64,000 nt of DNA from Alistipes sp. (GCA_017631255.1 JAGBTP010000022.1:1264-65263), one strand, 5' to 3'. Positions 47,931-58,294 are shown, counted from the stretch's first letter. A program made the numbers and translations. Notes: a model not told the origin generated them from the sequence alone.

Positions 47931-48043
47931 CGCTCAATGGTATTTATCTGTCGTTGTAATTCTCTGTTATCACGCATTTTGCTCGCTTGTCATCTCCGCA
48001 TTTCACGCCTATGTAGCTCGCTACTGTGCTCCCGGTTTTGACG

Positions 48044-48601
48044 CTACTCCTTCTCGAGGATTAACTTGCACACGGCGGCACGCGCACGGCGTATCTGCGT
48101 CTTTATGGTGTTTATCGGCTTGCCGAGTTTTTCGGCAATCTCCTCGTAGGAGTACTCGTCGAGGAAGCGCATCTCGATAACCCTGCGATACTCCTCCGAT
48201 AGTTCTTCGAGCGCAGCGTAGAAGTGGCTGTTGCTCTGGCGTATTATGACCGACTCCTCAGGCGTTGGCGTCGTTGCCTGTGGCGAGCGGAAGCGCTCGT
48301 CGATGGATATGTCGTCGGCACGACGGCGCAGGTGGTCAACCAGCGTGTTGCGCGCAATGGCGTATATCCACTGCCCGAAGGTGTAGCTCTTCGAGTAGCT
48401 ATCCAGGTGCAGGTAGACCTTGATGAAGGTCTCTTGTAGCAGGTCGCTGGCGATGGCCTTGTCGTCGAGGCGCTGCTCGAAGAGGCGTGTCAGGGCCTCG
48501 CGATAGCGCGTGAAGAGGTGTTCAAATGCCTGCTGATCACCCTCCGAGGCGAGCTCCACAAGGCGTGCATCGGTGGCTACGATGTAGTCATCTATCTCCA
48601 T
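48044..48601 (-). CDS. ECF sigma factor
   Basis: DLLQETFIKVY, WIYAIARN, SYEEIAE, TIKTQIRRAR. Confidence 0.93.
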   Translation of the reverse strand: MEIDDYIVATDARLVELASEGDQQAFEHLFTRYREALTRLFEQRLDDKAIASDLLQETFIKVYLHLDSYSKSYTFGQWIYAIARNTLVDHLRRRADDISIDERFRSPQATTPTPEESVIIRQSNSHFYAALEELSEEYRRVIEMRFLDEYSYEEIAEKLGKPINTIKTQIRRARAAVCKLILEKE

Positions 48602-49752
48602 ATTTTGGGTGTTTTATTGCTCTCGTTCGAGCCTATTATCCACTCCACAATGGGGCCTGTGAGGTCGTAAATCCAATATCGTAGCGCCACGCTGCGCTCA
48701 CCAAGGCGGCGAGCGGTGAGGTGTGACGACCATACCACAACAATATAACGCAACAGAGCGAGAGCTATTGCGCCAAGCTTAAGCTCCAGTGGTAGCACAG
48801 CGATAGCCACCACGGTAGCAAAAAAGAAGAGCACACGGCTAACCCTTTCACGACGGATAAAGCTCTTGGTTGCAGTGTTATAGTTCTCGAATGTCGAGCC
48901 GTAGTAACGCATATGCTCCACCCACTCGGACCATACGCTGCTGCGCTCCTCGATGACCATAGCGTGTGGCGAGAGCACCACGGCGGTGTTCGATGCCGTA
49001 GCTAAGTCCTGCAAGTAGAGGTCGTTGTCGCCAATGTCGATGCCGAGGTGGTTGTAACCGCGTGTCGAGTTATATAGGCGGCGCGTAAAGCCGTAGTTGC
49101 TGCGTGGTGCGTAGTAGAGCCTATCCACCACGGCACGGGCCATAGCGTTACGCAGGCGCTGGAACTCTACCATACGCATAATGAAGCACTTGGTGCTGTT
49201 GTTCTCGAAGCGCGCAATCGACGGTGCCACAACAATCTCGCCTCGCTCGTAGCCCTTAGCCACGAACTCCACCCAGCGCTTGCTGCTTGGTATGGCACCA
49301 GGGATGGTAAAGAGCAGTGCCTCGTATTGCGCTGACTTGATGCCGACATTGAGTGCCTGCTTTGTGGTGATGAATATGCGCTCGCCGCCACCCATACGCG
49401 TGAGGCGCATATAGGAGTAGTTGTTGCGTATGCGCTGCAACTCCTCGTAGTACTCGAGGTCGTTACCGATGTAGACCACCACCACCTCAAAATGGTCGTA
49501 CTGCTGACCAAGTAACTCGGGGAGCTCCTGACTGAGAAACCTCTCGTTCTCGCCCCTGACGGCTATGATGATGGAGATTGGAGGTGTGGATGTTATCTGC
49601 TTTCTGCGCTGCGAGAGGCGGAAGCGGTGAACGCGTCGATAGGCGATGCCGTAGTAGTATATCTGCACGCCGAAGAGCACCACGATGACGATGGCGAGTG
49701 CTACTCCTGCGTAGGTGTAATGGTCGAGTATATGGTTAAAAATCTGTGTCAC
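48592..49752 (-). CDS. Membrane GT2-like protein with degenerate catalytic motifs
   Basis: N-terminal TM, PPISIIIA, QQY..FEVVVV, KQALNVGIKSAQYE, C-terminal TMs; promoter element 49777-49784 implies GTG start near 49752. Confidence 0.75.
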   Translation of the reverse strand: MTQIFNHILDHYTYAGVALAIVIVVLFGVQIYYYGIAYRRVHRFRLSQRRKQITSTPPISIIIAVRGENERFLSQELPELLGQQYDHFEVVVVYIGNDLEYYEELQRIRNNYSYMRLTRMGGGERIFITTKQALNVGIKSAQYEALLFTIPGAIPSSKRWVEFVAKGYERGEIVVAPSIARFENNSTKCFIMRMVEFQRLRNAMARAVVDRLYYAPRSNYGFTRRLYNSTRGYNHLGIDIGDNDLYLQDLATASNTAVVLSPHAMVIEERSSVWSEWVEHMRYYGSTFENYNTATKSFIRRERVSRVLFFFATVVAIAVLPLELKLGAIALALLRYIVVVWSSHLTARRLGERSVALRYWIYDLTGPIVEWIIGSNESNKTPKIWR

Positions 49753-49970
49753 AATTTCAATAAAGATATAATCGCACAAAGATATAAAAAAAAAGTGGAA
49801 CGAGGAGCGTTATGCTTCATATTATTTTTCGCTCCGTGTCATAATTTTGGCTCATACGCCGTTAGCTCTATCGGGCCGGTTGCTGCGATAGTCTAAGTGA
49901 GGTGTTTTGTTGCGCTCGCGTGGTGAAAATCCAATTATTTTTTCTATATTTGCGCGTTATATATATGTTT

Positions 49971-51101
49971 ATGAAGTTTACACTGCTACATACTGCGCCC
50001 GATAGCAAGGCGCGTTGTGGTCTCCTTGAGACGGACCACGGCCCTGTTGAGACTCCAATATTTATGCCCGTAGGTACCGCTGCGGCGATGAAGGGTATCT
50101 TCCATCGCGATGTGGACCAGGAGGCTAAGGCCCAGATTATCTTGGCAAATACCTACCACCTCTACCTTCGCCCAGGTATGGATATCATCGAGGCGGCGGG
50201 TGGCGTGCACCGCTTCTCGTCGTGGACGAAGCCTATGCTCACCGATAGCGGTGGCTTTCAGGTCTTCTCGCTGGCGGCGTGCCGCAAGCTCAAGGAGGAG
50301 GGGTGTCACTTCCAGTCGCATATCGACGGCTCACGCCACCTCTTTACGCCTGAGAGCGTCATCGACACGGAGCGAACAATCGGTGCCGATATTATGATGG
50401 CCTTCGACGAGTGTCCTCCGGGCGATGCACCATACGACTATGCGGCTAAGTCGCTTGCACTCACCGAGCGCTGGCTCGACCGCTGCTTCAACCGCTACCA
50501 CCAGACGCAGCCCAAGTGGGGCCACTATCAGGCCCTGTTCCCTATCGTGCAGGGTGCGGGATACCCCGACCTTAGAGAGCGTGCTGCGCGTAATGTGTTG
50601 CAGTACAACGCCGATGGCTATGCTATTGGTGGTCTTGCCGTGGGTGAGCCTACCGATGTTATGTACTCTATGATTGAGGTATGTAATACGGTGCTGCCGA
50701 CCGATAAGCCACGCTACCTGATGGGTGTGGGCACGCCTGTAAATATCCTCGAGGCGATAGATAGGGGTGTGGATATGTTCGACTGCGTGATGCCTACGCG
50801 TAACGGCCGTAATGGTCAGCTCTTCACCTCGGAGGGAGTGATTAACATCCGTAATAAGAAGTGGGAGAAGGACTTTTCGCCAATCGACCCTATGGGTGTG
50901 ACCTTCGTCGACCATCAGTACACTAAGGCGTACCTCCACCACCTGGTTGTGTGCAAGGAGATGCTCGCTGCGCAGATAGCGTCGCTCCACAATACGGCCT
51001 TCTACCTATGGCTTGTGGGCGAGGCACGCAAGCATATCGCTGCGGGTGACTTCAAGCCTTGGAAGGAGGAGATGGTCGTAAAACTTGCAAGACGCCTATA
51101 A
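49971..51101 (+). CDS. tgt: tRNA-guanine transglycosylase
   Basis: TPIFMPVGT, NTYHL, TDSGGFQ, GGLAVGE, DMFDCVMPTR. Confidence 0.97.
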   Translation: MKFTLLHTAPDSKARCGLLETDHGPVETPIFMPVGTAAAMKGIFHRDVDQEAKAQIILANTYHLYLRPGMDIIEAAGGVHRFSSWTKPMLTDSGGFQVFSLAACRKLKEEGCHFQSHIDGSRHLFTPESVIDTERTIGADIMMAFDECPPGDAPYDYAAKSLALTERWLDRCFNRYHQTQPKWGHYQALFPIVQGAGYPDLRERAARNVLQYNADGYAIGGLAVGEPTDVMYSMIEVCNTVLPTDKPRYLMGVGTPVNILEAIDRGVDMFDCVMPTRNGRNGQLFTSEGVINIRNKKWEKDFSPIDPMGVTFVDHQYTKAYLHHLVVCKEMLAAQIASLHNTAFYLWLVGEARKHIAAGDFKPWKEEMVVKLARRL

Positions 51102-51158
51102 GAGGCAAACAATCGGCTCGCCGTAGAGCCAAAATAGTAACTATTAAAAGTTTAGAGC

Positions 51159-52268
51159 GTGAAGCTTATACCCTCGTTACCAGGTTATAGAACTCTCGAT
51201 AGGTATATCCTCAGAAAGTTCCTCCGAACCTATATCTTTGGTCTGTTGATGATGACCATCATCCTCGTCGTGTTTGACTATGTGGAGCGTGTCGACGACT
51301 TCACCGAGCGTCACGCACCTTGGCGTGCCATCATCTTCGACTACTATCTTAACTTCGTTCCCTACTTCATCAACCAGTTTAGTGCGCTGTTTACCTTCAT
51401 CTCGGTAATCTTCTTCACCTCGAAGCTGGCGATGCAGACCGAGATTGTGGCGATACTGTCGGGTGGCGTCAGCTTCCGCCGACTTATGTGGCCCTATATG
51501 CTGGGTGCGGGTGTCATCGCTGTGCTGAGCCTATCGTTGAGCCTCTGGGTCATCCCCGAAGGACAGAAGGCCAGTGTTGCGTTCCAGAACGAGTACTTCA
51601 AGGGCAGCCAGCTTATAGACTATGACCAGAATGTATATCGACAGATAGAGCCTGGCACCTTCGTATATGTCAGGGGCTACTCCCCGAGTCTGGAGCGTGT
51701 GCCCTTCTTCGCCATCGAGCGCTACGAGGGTTCGCGTATGGTGGAGACACTAAATGCCGCAAGTGCCTCGTTCGACGAGGAGTCGGGTAGGTGGACAGCG
51801 CCCCGCTATGTGATATATTCGAGCGACGAGGATGGCACGCTGGGCTACGAGCAGTTCCGCAACCTCGACACGCTTATCAACCTCGATGCTCGTGAGCTTG
51901 TCGACACCAAGGGTCTCGTTAAGACCCTGACCCTCGAGGAGCTCAACGACTTCCTCGCGCAGCAGCGCAAGAAGGGCTCGGACGACCTCTTCCTTATCGA
52001 GGTGGAGCGCCACACACGCTTCTCGTACCCATTCTCAACCTTCATCCTAACGATTATCGGCGTGTCGCTCGCCTCGCGCAAGGTGCGTGGCGGTATGGGT
52101 ATGCACATCGGTATGGGTATCGCTCTCTGCTTCGGATATATTATGCTGGGCCGTGTCTTCGAGCAGGTGGCCCTGGGTGGTAACTTAGCGCCGTGGCTCG
52201 GTGTCTGGTTGCCCAACATCATATTCAGTATCATCGCATTAGTAGTATATTTCAAAGCCCCAAAATAG
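51159..52268 (+). CDS. LptF/LptG-family permease
   Basis: LDRYILRKF, EIVAILSGGVS, WLPNIIF; six-TM layout. Confidence 0.9.
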   Translation: MKLIPSLPGYRTLDRYILRKFLRTYIFGLLMMTIILVVFDYVERVDDFTERHAPWRAIIFDYYLNFVPYFINQFSALFTFISVIFFTSKLAMQTEIVAILSGGVSFRRLMWPYMLGAGVIAVLSLSLSLWVIPEGQKASVAFQNEYFKGSQLIDYDQNVYRQIEPGTFVYVRGYSPSLERVPFFAIERYEGSRMVETLNAASASFDEESGRWTAPRYVIYSSDEDGTLGYEQFRNLDTLINLDARELVDTKGLVKTLTLEELNDFLAQQRKKGSDDLFLIEVERHTRFSYPFSTFILTIIGVSLASRKVRGGMGMHIGMGIALCFGYIMLGRVFEQVALGGNLAPWLGVWLPNIIFSIIALVVYFKAPK

Positions 52269-52269
52269 T

Positions 52270-54489
52270 ATGCACACTATTTACGACATATCGGATGCTG
52301 TTCGTCGTGGCGAGCGCATCACGGCGGCCGATGCTCTCAAGCTCTGGCGCGAGGCGCCACTCTGGCTCCTTGGTGAGCTCGCTACGCAGCGCAAGCGTGA
52401 GATGAGTGGTGAGAGTATCTTCTACAACCGCAATGTACACCTTGAGCCTACGAACATCTGCCTCTTCAACTGCGAGTTCTGCTCGTTCAGGCGTCGTGAG
52501 GGCGATGCCGATGCGTGGTATATGTCGCTCGAGGAGATTGAGCGCAAGGCCGAGGAGCTGCGTGGTACCGACATCACGGAGGTACACATCGTCGGTGGCG
52601 TGCACCCTAAGCACGACCTCGACACCTACTGCGCTATGATTCGTAGGGTTAAGCGAGCGCTGCCCACGGTCACGGTTAAGGCATACACGGCGGTGGAGAT
52701 ATTCTATATGATACGCCACGAGGGTGTGTCGGTAGTCGAGGGCCTGCGCCGCTTGCAGGAGGCGGGTATGGAGTGCATCCCTGGTGGTGGCGCTGAGATA
52801 TTCGACGCAGAGCTGAGGGCTAAGATATGTCCCGATAAGTGCTCGTCGGAGGAGTGGCTTGCGGTGCATCGTGCAGCGCATAATATGGGCATCGCAACAA
52901 ACTGCACGATGCTCTACGGCCATATCGAGACCTTGGAGCATAGAATCGACCACCTTGACCGCCTGCGTAAGTTGCAGGACGAGGCGCCGGGCTTCGATGC
53001 CTTCATCCCGCTCAAGTACCACAGCCGTGGCAATAGACTTTCGGAGGCGGGTGAGAGCAGCGTCGAGGACGACCTTCGTACAATAGCCATTGCGCGTATC
53101 TTCCTCGATAACATACCCCACATCAAGGCATATTGGGTGTCGTACGGCAAGGCGACGACGGAAATGGCCCTCGCCTTTGGTGCTGACGACATCGACGGCA
53201 CGATTGGCGATAGCACGAAGATATACTCTATGGCTGGTGGCGTCGAGAAGCCATCTATGAGTGTAGCGGAGCTTGAGGCTATGGTGCTTTCGGCTGGCTT
53301 TATACCCGTTGAGCGCGACTCGCACTATAATGTTGTGGAGCGTAGGGGCGAGCATACGGCGGTGGAGAGCATAGCGCACGAGGATGCCGATTATGCCGAG
53401 GTAGAGGAGGAGCCTGAGTCTGAGCCTGAGGCGGTTGAGGAGAATAGTGATGATATAATAGTTAGTACGGAGAGTAACGACGATATGAGTGGAGAGAGTA
53501 AGGGCGGTGGCCAGAAGCGCACACCCAGCCCAAAGAGTGGTCAAAAACGAGGTGGAACAACGAGAGGCAACAAAGGTGGCGCAAAGGGTGGTGGCATCAT
53601 CGCCTTCTATCGAAACTACCCGATAATCTCGCACCTGATACTTATGTGTTGCTTTGGCCTGCTGCTGCTCTTTGGCCTCTATGTTGGCCTTAGGAGTGGC
53701 ACGCGTCTGGGTAATGTTATTGAGGTGCCAAGTCTCCTCGGTATTGATATCGACGAGGCACGCGCCATAGCCGACAGGGAGGACTTCCGCATCGTGGTGC
53801 GCGACTCGGTATTCGATGTTGACCTGCCCGGTGGTACTATCGTCGATCAGCTACCTCGCACCTCGACGGTGAGAGATGTGACCATCAAGCCAGGCCGCAA
53901 GGTATATGTTACGATTAACGCATATAGCCGCCGTATGGTCGACATTCCGTATGTGGCTAAGCAGACACTTCGTCAGGCGCTCAACCAGATAGAGCGTTCG
54001 GGCCTTACGGTCGACAAGCTCGTCTACGAGGCCGATATGACCTCGACGGACTATGTGCTCAAGCAGTATGTCGAGGGCAGGGAGATTACCCCTACCACAC
54101 GCCGCAAGTGTGCCGTAGGTACGGGCGTATCGCTCAGGGTGAGCTACCGTCGTGAGGAGCAGGATGTCTACACGCCTCGCCTCGTCGGTCTATCGTTGCA
54201 GCAGGCGCGCAGCGCCCTGTGGGATAGCGGCCTCAATGTGGGCAAGGTGGTCTACGACGGCAGCGTGGAGGATATCATCGCACGCCGCAAGGCACGCGTA
54301 TATAAGCAGTCGGTGAGCATCGGCACGCAGGTCAAGCGTGGTGGCGAGGTTACGCTCTACCTCAGCTGCGACGAGAGGATGGTCGACTCGATGAATGTTA
54401 TTGCCACCAAGGAGCTAAAGTCGTTCGAGGAGCGTCGCCGCAAGGAGATTGAGGCGGACGGCACCGAGGGCGAGGTGGCAGAGGAGTAG
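52270..54489 (+). CDS. MqnE/CofH-family radical SAM enzyme fused to TM helix + PASTA domains
   Basis: NICLFNCEFCSF, EVHIVGG, PGGGAEIF, TMLYGHIE, HIKAYW, GADDIDGT, VERDSHY; then acidic and G/K linker, TM helix, three VPxLxG-type PASTA-like repeats. Confidence 0.85.
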   Translation: MHTIYDISDAVRRGERITAADALKLWREAPLWLLGELATQRKREMSGESIFYNRNVHLEPTNICLFNCEFCSFRRREGDADAWYMSLEEIERKAEELRGTDITEVHIVGGVHPKHDLDTYCAMIRRVKRALPTVTVKAYTAVEIFYMIRHEGVSVVEGLRRLQEAGMECIPGGGAEIFDAELRAKICPDKCSSEEWLAVHRAAHNMGIATNCTMLYGHIETLEHRIDHLDRLRKLQDEAPGFDAFIPLKYHSRGNRLSEAGESSVEDDLRTIAIARIFLDNIPHIKAYWVSYGKATTEMALAFGADDIDGTIGDSTKIYSMAGGVEKPSMSVAELEAMVLSAGFIPVERDSHYNVVERRGEHTAVESIAHEDADYAEVEEEPESEPEAVEENSDDIIVSTESNDDMSGESKGGGQKRTPSPKSGQKRGGTTRGNKGGAKGGGIIAFYRNYPIISHLILMCCFGLLLLFGLYVGLRSGTRLGNVIEVPSLLGIDIDEARAIADREDFRIVVRDSVFDVDLPGGTIVDQLPRTSTVRDVTIKPGRKVYVTINAYSRRMVDIPYVAKQTLRQALNQIERSGLTVDKLVYEADMTSTDYVLKQYVEGREITPTTRRKCAVGTGVSLRVSYRREEQDVYTPRLVGLSLQQARSALWDSGLNVGKVVYDGSVEDIIARRKARVYKQSVSIGTQVKRGGEVTLYLSCDERMVDSMNVIATKELKSFEERRRKEIEADGTEGEVAEE

Positions 54490-54515
54490 TAACGAGATAA
54501 TGTAAGTAGTATAGT

Positions 54516-55679
54516 ATGACGCAGTTCAAGATAGACAAGGATGACTATATTGAGGACGAGGAGCCTATCGTGCTCTTCGACTCGAATGTTTTGCAGATAG
54601 ATGGCGGAGGTGACGACGATGTGGATATAGATGATGATGTTGAGGGCGACGAGAACGAGGGTGACGAGATGTATGAGCACTTCTCGGTGACGGTCGACAA
54701 GGGACAGTCGCTTATGCGCCTCGATAAGTTCCTCACCGCACGCCTCGAGCACACATCGCGTAACCGCATACAGACCGCTGCCGATGGTGGCAACATCTTG
54801 GTAAACGGCAAGCCCCAGAAGTCGAGCTATAAGGTCAAGCCGCTCGATCAGATATCTATCGTTATGCCATATCCTCGCCGCAAGGAGGAGATTGTGCCCG
54901 AAAACATACCGCTCAACATCGTCTACGAGGATGACGACATCATCGTCATCAACAAGGAGGCGGGTATGGTCGTGCACCCAGGTGTGGGTAACCATAGCGG
55001 CACGCTTGTCCACGCGCTGTCGTACCACCTCTCGAACCTTGAGATGTTTAGCGAGGGTAATGCTCGTGCGGGCCTTGTGCACCGTATCGACAAGGATACT
55101 TCGGGTCTGCTCGTTGTGGCTAAGAACGAGAAGGCGCACGCCGCCCTTGCTAAGCAGTTCTTCGACCACACGATCTACCGCCGCTATGTGGCACTCGTGT
55201 GGGGTAATATCGCAGAAGATGAGGGTACTATCATCGGTAACATCGGCCGCAGCCCTAAGGAACGCTTACAGATGTATGTCTTTGCCGATGGCTCGGATGG
55301 CAAGCACGCCGTTACGCATTTTAAGGTGCTGCGCCGCTACGGCTATGTGACCCTCGTGGAGTGCCGCCTCGAGACGGGCCGCACGCACCAGATTCGTGTG
55401 CATATGTCGTGGCAGGGCCACCCGCTCTTCAACGACGAGCGCTATGGCGGTAACCGCATCCTCAAGGGTACGACTTTCCAGAGATATAAGCAGTTTATCG
55501 AGAACTGCTTTAAGCTAATCCCCCGCCAGTCGCTCCACGCTCGTGCGCTGGGCTTCGACCACCCGACTACGGGCAAGTATGTGCAGTTCGAGTCGGAGCT
55601 GCCCGAGGACTTCAAGGCAGTACTCCAGAAGTGGGACTCGTATACCGATGCCGTGGGTCTCGATATGGATGAGATTTAA
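54516..55679 (+). CDS. RluA/RluD-family pseudouridine synthase with acidic N-terminal tail
   Basis: RLDKFL S4 domain, HRIDKDTSGL, LETGRTHQIRVH. Confidence 0.95.
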   Translation: MTQFKIDKDDYIEDEEPIVLFDSNVLQIDGGGDDDVDIDDDVEGDENEGDEMYEHFSVTVDKGQSLMRLDKFLTARLEHTSRNRIQTAADGGNILVNGKPQKSSYKVKPLDQISIVMPYPRRKEEIVPENIPLNIVYEDDDIIVINKEAGMVVHPGVGNHSGTLVHALSYHLSNLEMFSEGNARAGLVHRIDKDTSGLLVVAKNEKAHAALAKQFFDHTIYRRYVALVWGNIAEDEGTIIGNIGRSPKERLQMYVFADGSDGKHAVTHFKVLRRYGYVTLVECRLETGRTHQIRVHMSWQGHPLFNDERYGGNRILKGTTFQRYKQFIENCFKLIPRQSLHARALGFDHPTTGKYVQFESELPEDFKAVLQKWDSYTDAVGLDMDEI

Positions 55680-55707
55680 CCTGTTCGACAAATAAAATAG
55701 CGACGAT

Positions 55708-57774
55708 ATGTTTCTGCCAACAACAATGAAAGAGGTCGAGGCTCGTGGCTGGGACGAGCTCGATGTCATCATCTTTTCGGGCGATGCCTACATCGACCAC
55801 CCCGCCTTTGGTCCTGCGGTCATAGGCCGCATCCTCGAGTCGGAGGGCTACCGTGTTGCCATCGTGCCGCAACCAAATTGGCGCGATGACCTGCGTGACT
55901 TCAAGAAACTCGGCAAGCCACGCCTCTTCTTTGCCGTTACTGCGGGCGCTATGGACTCGATGGTCAACCACTATACGGCCAACATACGCCTCCGCTCCAA
56001 CGACGCCTATACGCCTGGTGGCAAGGCTGGCTTCCGCCCCGACAGAACGGTCGATACCTATACCAAGATTCTCAAAAACCTCTTTCCGCATACCCCTGTG
56101 GTTGTGGGTGGCATTGAGGCGTCGTTGCGCCGCCTTACGCACTACGACTATTGGACCGATGCGTTGCAGCGCTCGGTGCTGGCAACTTCGGGTGCCGACC
56201 TGCTTATCTACGGTATGGGCGACAAGCCTATTCGCGAGGTGGCTAAGGCTATGCGTAACGGCTTCAATATGAAGCTGCTGCGAGGCTTGCGTCAGGTGGG
56301 CTTCATCGCCGATAAGGCCTATGTCGAGCGACTCTATAATGGCAGTGCTAAGGTGCTCTACTCGTTCGAGGAGTGCGTCGAGGATAAGGCAAAGTTTGCT
56401 AAGAACTTCACTGAGATAGAGACGCTTAGCAATATGATGGAGTGCAACACCACGCTCATCGAGTCTGTGGGCGATAGCTATGTCGTCATCACACCGCCAC
56501 ACGAGACCCTCACCACCGAGGAGCTCGACAAGTCGTTTGACCTGCCCTATGAGCGCGCTCCGCACCCCCGCTATCGCGATAAGGGCGACATCCCTGCGTG
56601 GGAGATGATTAAGCACTCGATTAACATCCACCGAGGCTGCTTCGGTGGCTGCTCGTTCTGCACCATATCGGCACATCAGGGTAAGTTTATCAATTCTCGC
56701 TCGGAACGCTCTATTCTCGAGGAGGTTAGACGCCTTACCGAGATGCCCGACTTCAAGGGTACCATCTCCGATATCGGTGCCCCTTCGGCAAATATGTACG
56801 GTATGCGTGGCAAGGATGAGGCGCTGTGCAAGCGCTGTAAGCGACCCTCGTGCCTCCACCCACGCCTATGCCCCAATATGAATAACGACCACAGCCGCCT
56901 TATCGAGCTCTACCGCAAGATACGCGAGACTAAGGGCGTCAAGCGTGCCTTCATCGGCAGTGGTATCCGCTACGACCTCTTCGACTCGTCAAACTATTTT
57001 GATATCGTCGTCAAGCACCATACCTCGGGTCGCCTTAAGGTGGCACCTGAGCATACCGAGGATAGGGTTCTCAACCTTATGCGTAAGCCATCGTTCTCGT
57101 TGTTCGAGGCGATGAACTCGCGCTTTAAGCAGATTTGTCGTCGTGAAGAGCTTAACTATCAGCTCATTCCATACTTCATATCGTCGCACCCTGGCTGCGA
57201 GGAACGCGATATGCAGGCTCTGGCCGACAAGGTGCTTGGCAAGCTGCACTTCACCCTCGAGCAGGTGCAGGACCTCACGCCTACGCCTATGACACTATCG
57301 TCTGTGATGTTCTATACGGGTACCAATCCATATACAGGCGAGGCTGTCTATGTTGCACGCACTCAGGAGGATAAGCGTCGTCAGAAGAGCTACTTCTTCG
57401 GTGGCGCGCTACCCGAAGATAGGGAACATAAGCGCACCTCAGGCGATGGCCGTAGGTCTGGCAATGTCCGCAACTCGCGCGACAATAATGGTTCGCGCGA
57501 CAACAATGGTTCACGCGACAACAATGGTTCACGCACCAGTCATACTTCACGCGATAATCGCAGTTATGGAGATGGCCGCAACTCACGCGACGCCCATTCT
57601 TCACGCGACGCTCATTCTTCACGCGACGCCCGCATTTCTGGTGATGGTCGTAGTTCATATGCTACCCGCCCTTCGCGCAACACGCGTAGCGGAGCACCCT
57701 CACGCGGTGGCGCATATGCAAGAGGCTCGCAGGGCGATAGCGTACCACGCCGTAAGCCTACGAAGAAGTGGTAG
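55708..57774 (+). CDS. YgiQ-family radical SAM protein with repetitive C-terminal tail
   Basis: GDAYIDHP, DSMVNHYT, RGCFGGCSFC, SGIRYD, LKVAPEH. Confidence 0.93.
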   Translation: MFLPTTMKEVEARGWDELDVIIFSGDAYIDHPAFGPAVIGRILESEGYRVAIVPQPNWRDDLRDFKKLGKPRLFFAVTAGAMDSMVNHYTANIRLRSNDAYTPGGKAGFRPDRTVDTYTKILKNLFPHTPVVVGGIEASLRRLTHYDYWTDALQRSVLATSGADLLIYGMGDKPIREVAKAMRNGFNMKLLRGLRQVGFIADKAYVERLYNGSAKVLYSFEECVEDKAKFAKNFTEIETLSNMMECNTTLIESVGDSYVVITPPHETLTTEELDKSFDLPYERAPHPRYRDKGDIPAWEMIKHSINIHRGCFGGCSFCTISAHQGKFINSRSERSILEEVRRLTEMPDFKGTISDIGAPSANMYGMRGKDEALCKRCKRPSCLHPRLCPNMNNDHSRLIELYRKIRETKGVKRAFIGSGIRYDLFDSSNYFDIVVKHHTSGRLKVAPEHTEDRVLNLMRKPSFSLFEAMNSRFKQICRREELNYQLIPYFISSHPGCEERDMQALADKVLGKLHFTLEQVQDLTPTPMTLSSVMFYTGTNPYTGEAVYVARTQEDKRRQKSYFFGGALPEDREHKRTSGDGRRSGNVRNSRDNNGSRDNNGSRDNNGSRTSHTSRDNRSYGDGRNSRDAHSSRDAHSSRDARISGDGRSSYATRPSRNTRSGAPSRGGAYARGSQGDSVPRRKPTKKW
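57439..57672 (+). repeat. In-frame 18-bp repeat array in the ygiQ tail
   Basis: TCACGCGACAACAATGGT-type units encoding SRDNNG / SRDAHS / SGDGRR. Confidence 0.85.
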
Positions 57775-57817
57775 GACGATGTAGGAAACAAGAACTTTAA
57801 TGCACAATTTATCGAAT

Positions 57818-58171
57818 ATGAAGAAGTTTATGTTTTTTGCCGCAATGCTCTCATTTGCAGTAGCTTGTGGTGGTAATGCGCAGGGTGCTGCCGAGGCTGA
57901 GGCCGAGGTGGTAGTACCAGCGGTTGAGACTGTGACAGCCGACAAGGCTGAGGCCTTTACAAAGACAAAGCTTGAGGTGGTTAAGCCTGCCGAGGCGGAG
58001 GAGTCAACCAAGGCGAAGCCAATGCTTAAGGTGACGGAGATTAAGGAGGTGCGCAAGGCCCCTGCCGCAAATGTCGACGGCACAGTGCCTATGCAGAAAA
58101 CCAATGTGACTCTCAGCGAGAAAAAGATGAAGGTCATCACCACCGATGCCAAGACCAAAGAGACGAAGTAA
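57818..58171 (+). CDS. Small lipoprotein, K/E/T/A-rich
   Basis: MKKFMFFAAMLSFAVAC lipobox. Confidence 0.75.
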   Translation: MKKFMFFAAMLSFAVACGGNAQGAAEAEAEVVVPAVETVTADKAEAFTKTKLEVVKPAEAEESTKAKPMLKVTEIKEVRKAPAANVDGTVPMQKTNVTLSEKKMKVITTDAKTKETK

Positions 58172-58192
58172 CCGCCTTGCAATAAACGAGTT

Positions 58193-58227
58193 GTGGGCTG
58201 CCCAAAGCTGGGTAGCCCACTCTTTTT
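58193..58227. terminator. Hairpin terminator (shared-stem family)
   Basis: GTGGGCTGCCCA-aagc-TGGGTAGCCCAC followed by a T-run. Confidence 0.85.
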
Positions 58228-58294
58228 ATAATATGGTCGGCGCAAACTGCGTACCTCTATCTACATATTCCACGCACGCGCGTATATATCCCGA

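Noticed and set aside
52252-53634. 460-aa antisense ORF (likewise 55612..56859, 54357..55169, 21007..21768, 22463..23227, 40692..41483)
   Set aside because: Antisense shadows of well-supported genes, expected from biased codon usage; no recognisable motifs
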